IMG/VR virus record: IMGVR_UViG_3300017992_000019
Span: 1-64,000 of that record
Direction: 5' to 3' (one strand)
Source of the DNA: a virus
Length of the DNA: 64,000 nucleotides
This document shows positions 57,201 through 64,000 of this stretch, piece after piece; the first letter of the stretch is position 1, and each line of letters opens with the position of its first letter. The position numbers and the translations under genes were made by a program. The notes under the pieces are model-generated. The model was not told the DNA's origin and did not search any database. It worked only from the letters and a program-made list of their open reading frames with translations.

Positions 57201-57944
57201 GTCAACTCGTCGCTCACAACCGACGGGTTTGTGATATTCAGTGATCCGACCGACAACGTCTTGATCACCGGCAACGACGCGGCACTAATGTTTCGAGACG
57301 CCGGCGCCGGGAGTAACGAAAAGGTTTGGTCGATCTCCTTTGACGACTCGAGCGGCGATCTTGTGATCGGTGCGCGCGACGACGACTATACTTGGGGCAC
57401 CCATTGGGTGCAGTTCCACCGGGGCACCGGTTCCGGCCGGGTCGACTGGACACCGGGCGGCGGCGAAGCGGGGATCTCATTCCTTTCGTCTTTGCAATTA
57501 GAATCCTTGAGTACCAACGGCGAGACGGCGCTCCTTTTCGACGCGAGCGGATCCCATACCGACGCGCAAATGGGAATCGTGCACCAAGTCGTTTCGGGAT
57601 CTCCCGACAACATGCAATTGCAGTTTCGGATCTTCAAAAACTCGACGTGGGACGCGGTCACGAATTGGCCGCTTTCGATTCGATCGAAATATAACGCGGG
57701 CGACGGCGAGTGGCAGGCGAGCGGGATCCATGCACAGTGTCACCCGGATCAAGCGGGTCACCTTGCGCTCGTTGGGAACATGGCGCTCGCGATCAAAAAC
57801 GATGATCCCGGAGGGTATGGTACAAACCATGTCACCTTGACAGGAGTTACCTCGACTGGTACACCCTCGGGCACGGCGCGCTTTATGAAAGTCTATTGGG
57901 GCACAACTGCATATTACATTAGGATGTGGCCGACTCTAACCTAG
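54255..57944 (+). CDS. Long tail fibre / receptor-binding protein
   Basis: 1229 aa; repeated DLG...W..LY and EK.W modules. Confidence 0.8.
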   Translation: MATGDKWAWITAQRILGYDTLRDNVIGFFRDWDKDILASVFRASGYFQEISIVGDGANKIKLTGYPTDGNPSGIDGAGELLDLYARYLDVEDLQFENITGETYHVALKGAYIPTGLSIGQGDGMPQWNTFEEIVGVSSTPASVVDNGNGTLTFVVDTVTEVGVSNAGRKVIVYRTTPTKNAVTEAIAKEECTVTWDGSNNKITTVGDLGLLSGETPVWSDYTVVLVGPHIVRDTDLSADDSYAYIGTVDGNTGAQPSSFDTTLQNVMSVPISDLTQITRYESFPTPDRLKVDVKAVAAEEGENLDQIRVTGWDGGGSSLVVFRVDELGNVTIEGDLEVKGTTTQQDVVQVNADETITENLTCGDEDSDSHLIKGIWTHKNAAETANLLQVHPTNGVGIGTTAHFSGSYSMYVDGDVLFSDDVRFAGNAIPHTAAQDLGESGNKWANLYVSNIYADATSVGGHMNPDTTDVYDLGENTTPLRWRSIYVNHAYIIDPTEALLAIRELDASLNEKNWQVRAAGGDLYFECVNDAETLAASFMQITRSGQNPTSLTMFASIFAGTSGLEIGQSSEPFEFIYGQDWRSARPSVGTSEKNWRQWIQQDSSGDYTGQEVMRFSTSTDAWALGTAFLTIARVVDSTDVDEVVLASDGSIKLTPASGSDLDVVLLGGGNLVVVDHKFTGQDFWNVNVGNNLGTTSYPWVSVYGATYYAQADQPRYRLDDTNTTYGNWQLWIDGVVAKFSCMSDDWSTAYNFITFTRSGETVASEIGLIADVVFTGDVKSNIKPTDPGTYSLGVNNYEWDLLRVNESGVIWRTTDVGLTIHERKFRMIVSNIGNAGVFRIQGIDDNETAQADAIVITKNDTTYTIDDVSIYGDTINLQGPTTVTGNLTATGGLETQNDPVRFRGIDAIGNFEIEGATPTIQFDQDDQANDYKYWDIIVSSGSFQLRSYNQAHSSSETAIQVTKGGTSDYTVDRIAFVCDRITVNSSLTTDGFVIFSDPTDNVLITGNDAALMFRDAGAGSNEKVWSISFDDSSGDLVIGARDDDYTWGTHWVQFHRGTGSGRVDWTPGGGEAGISFLSSLQLESLSTNGETALLFDASGSHTDAQMGIVHQVVSGSPDNMQLQFRIFKNSTWDAVTNWPLSIRSKYNAGDGEWQASGIHAQCHPDQAGHLALVGNMALAIKNDDPGGYGTNHVTLTGVTSTGTPSGTARFMKVYWGTTAYYIRMWPTLT

Positions 57945-57995
57945 AACACTTTTTCCAATTGGCCGCGATAACGGCGGCACAAGGAGGAGAGACCA

Positions 57996-58424
57996 ATGCC
58001 AATGACAGAAAAACAGGTCAATGAGTACATGAGCAACTTGCTCGACGGAAAGATTCCGGCGCCGGCCGGGCTCGAGGGCGACGCCTTGAATCAGTTTCGC
58101 AAGATCACCGGCGAGCTCACCCAAACCGATCAGCGGTTGCGACTCGCGCAACGGGAAGTCGAGCAACTCACCGACAAGCTCAAGCAATTGGTCGGGCAAC
58201 GCACGGCGTATGTCAACATCCTGATCATGGCCGAGAACGCGAGGAGAGGCTCGGTCAAGCCGACACCTCCGACCGAAGATCCTCCGGCCGACGACAAGCC
58301 GGTCGACCTCGCCGGGCTCAAGGAAAAGATGGGAGCGGACAAGGTCGAGGTGACCGACGGCGAGGGCAACGTGCTCGACTCGACCGAGGAGGATTCCCCG
58401 GCCGCGGATACTCCGGCCGACTGA
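57996..58424 (+). CDS. Coiled-coil protein (possible fibre chaperone)
   Basis: AGGAGG RBS; heptads. Confidence 0.7.
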   Translation: MPMTEKQVNEYMSNLLDGKIPAPAGLEGDALNQFRKITGELTQTDQRLRLAQREVEQLTDKLKQLVGQRTAYVNILIMAENARRGSVKPTPPTEDPPADDKPVDLAGLKEKMGADKVEVTDGEGNVLDSTEEDSPAADTPAD

Positions 58425-58437
58425 GGAGGTTTCGATC

Positions 58438-59121
58438 ATGGCACTCAAGACCGGGAGCAAGGGCGAGGCCGTCCGCGAGGTGCAAGAGAACCTCAAGGTG
58501 CTCGGGTTGTACCATGCGCCGATCGACGGTGATTTCGGCCGACGCACCCGGGAGGCCGTGCTCGCATTTCAGGAACGCTTTTTCGTCGACGGGATCATTG
58601 ACAAGACAACCGAGCAAGCGATCAATGCCGCGGTTGTCGCGTGGTCGAAACGTGAGCGCGAGATCCTTGTGCCGGTGCCGAATGGACTCAAGGAGCTCGA
58701 GGCGAAGTTCTGCGAGATCGAGTTCAAGGAGGCCGGCGCCGGGTGGGTCGAGATCACAAACGACTTTCCCGAAAATATCGTGCGGCACGAATTCCCGGTC
58801 GTCGGAGTGCAATGCTTTCACCGCGACCTTGTGCCGGTGCTCGAGAAAGTGCTCGAGGAGATCAAGCACAAGGGTCTCGACGGTGAGATCCGACAGTTCG
58901 GCACGTGGGCACCTCGACACAAGATGCACGATTCCTCGAGAGGTCTCTCGACTCACTCATGGGGGATCGCGGTCGACGTGAATTGGGCAACCAACGCCGT
59001 CGGAACGCGCGGCGATCTCGACTCGGGGATCGTCGAGGCTTTCGAGCGTTTCGGTTTCGAGTGGGGCGGTCGTTGGCGATATAAAGATCCGATGCACTTT
59101 CAATATGTGACCGGGTACTGA
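58438..59121 (+). CDS. Endolysin: peptidoglycan-binding domain plus M15 peptidase
   Basis: LKTGSKGEAVREVQ...DGDFG..T..AV..FQ; STHSWGIAVD; WGGRW...DPMHFQ. Confidence 0.92.
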   Translation: MALKTGSKGEAVREVQENLKVLGLYHAPIDGDFGRRTREAVLAFQERFFVDGIIDKTTEQAINAAVVAWSKREREILVPVPNGLKELEAKFCEIEFKEAGAGWVEITNDFPENIVRHEFPVVGVQCFHRDLVPVLEKVLEEIKHKGLDGEIRQFGTWAPRHKMHDSSRGLSTHSWGIAVDVNWATNAVGTRGDLDSGIVEAFERFGFEWGGRWRYKDPMHFQYVTGY

Positions 59122-59144
59122 TACCCAAACGAAAGGAGGAGGTC

Positions 59145-59627
59145 ATGCGACGGAAAGCAAGAGGCATCGTTGCGTTCATCGTGGCATCGGTTGCCGCGGT
59201 GACTCTCACTCTGTACGCGGGAGCGGCGCTCTCGCAACCGGCCGATCAACCGGCCGTCGACGCGGGCACACCCGACGCCGGCGTTGTCACCGACACCGGC
59301 GCCGAGGAGGTCACGACCGATCAGATCAAGGAGGCGATCAAGAAAGCGATCGAGGATTGGGAAACCCTCGGTTGGATTGGCGGCATGGCCGCGGTGATCG
59401 GCGTGTTGCTCCTATTGCTACGTTTCAAACCTCTCGACAAGCTACTCGAGGACAAGGGGATCAAATGGATCAAACCCTATCTCGCAGTCGCACTCGGGGC
59501 GCTCGGTGGTTTCTTTTCCACGTTTGCGACGGGCAAGTCGATCCTGTTTTCGATCGTCGCCGGAATAGTCGCCGGGGTTGCGTCGCCGGGGTTGCACTTG
59601 CTCCTCACTAAGGGGAACAAGAGTTGA
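59145..59627 (+). CDS. Holin-like membrane protein
   Basis: N-terminal signal/TM plus three C-terminal hydrophobic helices; follows the endolysin. Confidence 0.55.
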   Translation: MRRKARGIVAFIVASVAAVTLTLYAGAALSQPADQPAVDAGTPDAGVVTDTGAEEVTTDQIKEAIKKAIEDWETLGWIGGMAAVIGVLLLLLRFKPLDKLLEDKGIKWIKPYLAVALGALGGFFSTFATGKSILFSIVAGIVAGVASPGLHLLLTKGNKS

Positions 59628-59929
59628 CCCCGAAAGCCAACACGGCCGGCGACTGGTTCAAGAAATGGGGATTGTGGATCCTCCTCGTGCTCGCGGTGAT
59701 CCTCGTCTTGCTCGCGAAACTGTTTCCGAGCAACGGTGAGAAACCGAAAATCTTGCAGGCCGCGAAAGACGGAGCAAAGAAATTGCACGACGCGGCCGAC
59801 AAGGCACACGAGGAACACACCGCGGAAATGAAAAAGCGCGAGGAGGAGCTCGAGACGATCAAGGCGATCACCGACGAGGAGGAACGCTTGCGTCGCCTCG
59901 CCGAGTTCGCAAACCGGAGGTCGACATGA
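59624..59929 (+). CDS. TM plus coiled-coil protein (i-spanin-like)
   Basis: N-terminal TM, charged helical tail. Confidence 0.5.
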   Translation: MTPKANTAGDWFKKWGLWILLVLAVILVLLAKLFPSNGEKPKILQAAKDGAKKLHDAADKAHEEHTAEMKKREEELETIKAITDEEERLRRLAEFANRRST

Positions 59930-60360
59930 GATTCCGATCCGCGGTTGTCGCTTTTCTCGTTGCTTTCTTGTCAGTCGCTCCGGCCGTGTTAGCAGATCCC
60001 CCGGCCGGTGTCTCCGACGACACCGGTGCGGAGACAGTGTCTCTCGACCCGGCCGACAAGCCGGCCGACGTGACACCTCTCCTCAAAGGCAAGCCCGCAC
60101 CTCACTCGGGTCTCCTTGTGCTCGAGGGTCGATTCACCCGGATGCTCAAAGCCGAGCAACGGGTCAAGACCGTCGACGGCACGCTCGAGATCGAGCGCAA
60201 ATTGCGCGCCGACCTCGAGGCGTTGTATACTAGGAAACTGGAGGAGGCGACCAAGCCGGAGCCGTGGTATAAGTCAGGTTGGATCTATTTCGGTCTCGGC
60301 GTTTTGGTCACCGTTGGCGCGATATACGGAGGCGCGCAGTTAGTCAAAGCGGCCAACTGA
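59926..60360 (+). CDS. Signal-peptide protein with coiled coil and C-terminal TM
   Basis: AVLA|D signal; KGKPAPHSGLL; WYKSGWIYFGLGVLV. Confidence 0.65.
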   Translation: MRFRSAVVAFLVAFLSVAPAVLADPPAGVSDDTGAETVSLDPADKPADVTPLLKGKPAPHSGLLVLEGRFTRMLKAEQRVKTVDGTLEIERKLRADLEALYTRKLEEATKPEPWYKSGWIYFGLGVLVTVGAIYGGAQLVKAAN

Positions 60361-60381
60361 AACGAGGCGGGATGCACTCCA

Positions 60382-60603
60382 ATGGAAACAGTCTTGATCG
60401 AGATCGCAAAGCAGGGCGGGTTCGCATTTGTCGCGGCGCTCGCGATCTGGTTTGCGTTGAAAAAAGATCGGCAAGTGTCGCAGCTATACGATCGACTCGA
60501 GCGAAAGTCAGAAAAGTACGTCGAGAAATATCAGGCGCTTTCGCGTGAGCTCAACGACACCGTCGCGGCACTTGCGGACGCACTCGATCTCGAGGTCGAG
60601 TGA
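60382..60603 (+). CDS. Small TM plus coiled-coil protein (BhlA/UviB-like)
   Basis: QGGFAFVAALAIWFALK followed by heptads. Confidence 0.55.
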   Translation: METVLIEIAKQGGFAFVAALAIWFALKKDRQVSQLYDRLERKSEKYVEKYQALSRELNDTVAALADALDLEVE

Positions 60604-60626
60604 AACCGATCGGGGAGGTCTCTCCC

Positions 60627-61007
60627 ATGTGGCCGTTCTCGCGTTTCAGAAAAAAGAAAGTGCAAGTCGAAACCAAAAAAGAGGGGGGAAACGGGGAGGC
60701 AACCGACGTCGAGGTTGCACGCGAGAATCAAGTCACTCCTGTTGAGATTCTCCTCGCCGACTGCGAGGAGATCGAATCCCTTGACAGCGAGCCCGTAGTA
60801 GAGGACAACACCGGGGAGTTCCCCGAGGTCTACAACAAGCCGGGGATCGTCGTGAAAGAAAAAACGAGAGCTCAACGGCTACACAAACACGATTCACAAT
60901 CGCGGCGTGTCCTATGCGACATTGACAAACAGATCGAGCGGCTGAAAAAGATCCGGGAAAAGATCAAGGGAGGAACACTCAATGGGAAAGCAAAGGCGGA
61001 AACCTAA
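60627..61007 (+). CDS. Hypothetical protein
   Basis: GGGAGG RBS, MWPF start. Confidence 0.6.
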   Translation: MWPFSRFRKKKVQVETKKEGGNGEATDVEVARENQVTPVEILLADCEEIESLDSEPVVEDNTGEFPEVYNKPGIVVKEKTRAQRLHKHDSQSRRVLCDIDKQIERLKKIREKIKGGTLNGKAKAET

Positions 61008-61308
61008 ATCGACGCCGACCTCGATCGAGATCCCACCGTGCGTCGGTTACTATGAGAAAGTCGAGATCGCTTGCGACGGCGACCCGGTCGGCGAAACCGA
61101 AATCGATCGGGTGCCGTGCTCGTGGCGAGACCATTGCCGCGCGTTCCGATCGCACCTTGAGCTCGCCGGACAATCGCCGGCGTCGCACATTGTCGAGGTG
61201 AGCAACGGCAACGGCCGACGGATTGGAAAACCAATCGCCGGCGAGGAGGCATTCCTCGAGTTGCTCGAGGAGAGTCTCCGCGGCTGGCAAGCAAGGGGGC
61301 AGGCATGA
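60982..61308 (+). CDS. Cys-containing hypothetical protein
   Basis: GGAGG RBS; PPCVG...C...CSWRDHC. Confidence 0.6.
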   Translation: MGKQRRKPKSTPTSIEIPPCVGYYEKVEIACDGDPVGETEIDRVPCSWRDHCRAFRSHLELAGQSPASHIVEVSNGNGRRIGKPIAGEEAFLELLEESLRGWQARGQA

Positions 61309-61685
61309 GCAAGACACGACGCGAACCCGAAGTGATCGACAACTCACCTCTCGTCGACGTCAAGATCGACGAGGTCGAATACAAGCTCACGCCGAAACGA
61401 CTCCGGGATCTTGCCGGCGACATGCTCCTCGAGGAGCTCCTCCGGGTCGGCAATCTCCTCGGCGAGGCCGAGTCGCGACTCGTGCTCGTCGACGCCGAGT
61501 ATCGATCGTTCCGCGGCGTTGCAGTCAAGGCCGAGCTCGACAAGGATCCGAAACTGTCCGAGTGGAAAATCAAGGCGCGGATCGAAGCGAGCGCGGAGTT
61601 CCAGAAATTCAAGATCGGGATCGCGAAAGCGACGCGCGAGGTGCACGTGCTCCGCGAGACCCTCGCGACTCTCCGACTCCGGTGA
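61305..61685 (+). CDS. Helical protein, possibly UvsY-like
   Basis: KLSEWKIKARIEAS.EF helical pattern; weak assignment. Confidence 0.5.
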   Translation: MSKTRREPEVIDNSPLVDVKIDEVEYKLTPKRLRDLAGDMLLEELLRVGNLLGEAESRLVLVDAEYRSFRGVAVKAELDKDPKLSEWKIKARIEASAEFQKFKIGIAKATREVHVLRETLATLRLR

Positions 61686-61912
61686 TCGTCCGGCCGACTT
61701 GATTGTCGGGATCGGGCGAGACCTCCGAATCGAAAAACCGAGCTCGAGCTCGCGACCGGATCGCGAGACCCGGAACACCGATCCCGTGGCGACGGGATCG
61801 ACCTCCCGGCCGGGAGGGATCCAGCCGGGCACCCGGCCGGACTCCCACCGGGCCCCGGGCCGATCCAGCCGGGCGCCGGCGACCTCGAGGCCGACCTCCC
61901 GGCCGGGCCGGA

Positions 61913-61951
61913 CTCCCACCGGCACCCACCGGCACCCACCGGCACCCACCG
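61913..61951 (+). repeat. Tandem 10-bp repeat CCCACCGGCA
   Basis: Three to four consecutive units. Confidence 0.85.
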
Positions 61952-62375
61952 AGATCCACCGGCCGGATCCCTGATCTCGGGTCGAGCTCGAGGCCGACGG
62001 ATCTTTTTTCGGGTTTTTTCGGGCCCGGATCGCGGGTGCTCGTTGTGTGGTGCTCTGTGGCGCCTCACAGGACGGGCCGAGATCCGGGCGCAAACCCCGT
62101 GCCAGGCAGGGCCCCGGATCCCGGGAGACCGGGCGCGCCAGAATAGGCGCCTCGAGACGTCTCTCCGCGTCTCCTACGCTTGCCGGGCCGGACACGACCC
62201 GACACCCCGGATCCCAGGCCGGAGGCCGCACAGGGCCCGCAATCGCCTCGCGCGAATTTCCCAAACAAAACGAGGCACTTACAAGAGGGTGAGCGAAAAC
62301 TCGTTTTCGGTCAAGGGGTTGGCCGCTTGCAAGTATGCGTTCCGTAAGTGGAAAACGTACCGGCGAAAATAGTTG

Positions 62376-62404
62376 TTGCAATACGCGAAACGGTGCCGTA
62401 TACT
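62376..62404 (+). promoter_or_regulatory. Sigma70-like promoter TTGCAA-N17-TATACT
   Basis: 5/6 matches at both boxes with 17-bp spacer. Confidence 0.55.
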
Positions 62405-62448
62405 GTAAACATGAGGCCGGAGACCAAGACAAGCCCGAAACTGTGCAA

Positions 62449-62596
62449 CGGCACAGTTCTTGCCCTGGATCCCCTACCTCGCAAAAATGTTCAAAAGCAC
62501 ACTATGAAAAATGTACTTTTTACACACCGTTTCTGCACCGCGTCACGGGCTAACTCGCTGAAACATAAGAGTTCAGGAGTTGGCACGCGGTTTGCA
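62449..62596 (+). promoter_or_regulatory. Sigma54 promoter block 3
   Basis: TGGCACGCGGTTTGCA at 62581-62596 identical to block 1; second GG-N10-GC box at 62450-62463; IHF-like TAACTCGCTGAAA at 62551-62563. Confidence 0.85.
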
Positions 62597-62606
62597 GTAA
62601 CATACT

Positions 62607-62965
62607 AATAGTTGCTCATTGACAAAGGAACGGCGAAGCGAAGCAGGGACGGCCGGAAACAGTCCCACCGGGGCAACCCTCCCGGAGCTAGCAGGAAACA
62701 CCGAGACCAACAAAAGCTAGTGTGACCCTACGGGGCACGGGTAGACGGGCGAAGCAAGGAGGAGCCGACAATGCCTCCGAGACCCGGGCGACGAAACGGC
62801 CACATGACAAGCATGGGGCACGAGTAAAAAAGAGAGACGGCCGGCGAGAGTCGGCCACATGGGCGCGCACCGCGAGGCGGTCGCCGCGAGGTCGTACCTC
62901 GGCGCGCTCCTTTTGAGAGTTGAGAGATTGAAACCCTTTTGACCTTGTCGCGGACAAGGAAACCT
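62607..62965 (+). ncRNA. Candidate structured leader or ncRNA
   Basis: boxA-like TGCTCATTGACAA and a series of tetraloop hairpins; no convincing ORF. Confidence 0.45.
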
Positions 62966-62978
62966 TTTGGAGGATACC

Positions 62979-63920
62979 ATGACCGCTAATATCGAAACCC
63001 TGAAGTCTCAGACCTTCGGCGTCGAAATTGAATTCGTAGGTTGCACCCAGGAACGCGCCGCTCGCGCGGTGCACTCCGTTGTCGGCGGTCGGATCTTCGA
63101 CCGCACCGTCGTTGCTCCCGACGGTCGCAAGTGGAAAGTCGTCTCCGACGGGTCGGTCGCCGGTGTCGGCGGCGAGCTCGTGACTCCGGTCCTCAAGTAC
63201 GACGACATGGAAACCCTGCAAGAGGTCGTGCGGGCCATGCGTCGCGCCGGTTGCCGCAAGCACTCCTCGGCCGGTATTCACGTGCACGTCGGCGCTCGCG
63301 ACATGACCGCCAAGCAGATCGTCAACGTGGTCAAGACTTGGAATCGGCAGGAACGGATCATTGTCAAGGCGCTCGACATTGAGGGTCGCACCTACGGCAC
63401 CAACGGTGCTCGCACTTGGGCCGCGTCTGCAAACCGCGACGTGATCCCCCGGATCCTCCGGTCCAAGCCTAAGACCATGAACAAGCTCGCGGCCGCTTGG
63501 TACGGCGAGAGCAACTATGAGTCGCGCACCTATCGCAAGTATGACTCGAGCCGGTATCACGCGATCAACCTGCACAACCTTTTTTATGGGTCGCACGGCA
63601 CCATCGAATTTCGTTGCTTCAACTCGACCATGCACGCCGGCGAAATCCGCTCCTACGTCGTGCTCGCTCTCGCAGTCGTCGCCAAGGGTCGCAACGGCCG
63701 CGGCGCCTCGGTTGAGCAGCGCGCTTTCAATCCCGAAACCGCGAAATTCGATTTTCGCCAGTGGATGATCAAGCTCGGCATGATCGGCGCCGAGTTCAAG
63801 AATGTCCGCAAGCACCTTATGAAGCGCCTCCCGGGATCCTCCCGGTCGGCCAACACTGGCCGGACTCGCGGCGGTCACGCTCGCCGGAACAACAACGTCG
63901 AGAATCACGCGAGCGTGTAA
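62979..63920 (+). CDS. Putative amidoligase (COOH-NH2 ligase, Amidoligase_2-like)
   Basis: TFGVEIE, DGSV, ELVTPVL, GIHVHVG, RYHAINL, TIEFR. Confidence 0.88.
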   Translation: MTANIETLKSQTFGVEIEFVGCTQERAARAVHSVVGGRIFDRTVVAPDGRKWKVVSDGSVAGVGGELVTPVLKYDDMETLQEVVRAMRRAGCRKHSSAGIHVHVGARDMTAKQIVNVVKTWNRQERIIVKALDIEGRTYGTNGARTWAASANRDVIPRILRSKPKTMNKLAAAWYGESNYESRTYRKYDSSRYHAINLHNLFYGSHGTIEFRCFNSTMHAGEIRSYVVLALAVVAKGRNGRGASVEQRAFNPETAKFDFRQWMIKLGMIGAEFKNVRKHLMKRLPGSSRSANTGRTRGGHARRNNNVENHASV

Positions 63921-64000
63921 GTCAACCTCAACCCCGGGCGCTCCGGCGCCCGGGTGTCGAAACGCCGGCAACGCGCCGGCGTCTATCGGGGATCGCCTCC

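Larger units (their letters stand above)
1..64000 (+). mobile_element. Segment of a tailed phage (Caudoviricetes, contractile tail); boundaries and lifestyle not visible
   Basis: Terminase, portal, MuF, prohead protease, major capsid, sheath, tube, tape measure, baseplate, fibre and endolysin genes in canonical order on one strand. Confidence 0.97.

Noticed and set aside
62770-62810. Hammerhead ribozyme suggested by GACGAAAC
   Set aside because: No CUGANGA core is found at a compatible position.

Overview
The window is a co-directional (+ strand) segment of a GC-rich tailed-phage genome with a contractile (myovirus-type) tail. Host is probably a Gram-negative, sigma54-using bacterium (inference). 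No integrase, replication genes, tRNA or CRISPR array are visible. Layout: (i) 1-2330, GC-rich repeat-laden non-coding DNA with leftward sigma70-like promoters and a sigma54 promoter block; (ii) 2331-7466, small accessory genes including a DpdA/TGT-like transglycosylase, a PP-loop enzyme and an HTH regulator; (iii) 7587-60360, packaging, head, tail, baseplate, fibre and lysis genes; (iv) 61686-63920, a second GC-rich non-coding region, a paralogous sigma54 block, a structured leader and an amidoligase. The strongest candidate for an undescribed system is a head-cargo loading and processing system. Three unrelated proteins (the scaffold and two small proteins) end in the identical peptide K-x-FWDGVI. 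The prohead protease appears split between the end of a 1101-aa multi-enzyme polyprotein (2H phosphoesterase, Dam-type MTase, LigD phosphoesterase-like domain, Zn finger) and the first ~35 aa of the scaffold. Enzyme domains in the polyprotein and in MuF are bracketed by [VIL]-x-K motifs also found at the capsid N-terminus. All family assignments come from motif recognition by eye, not database searches.
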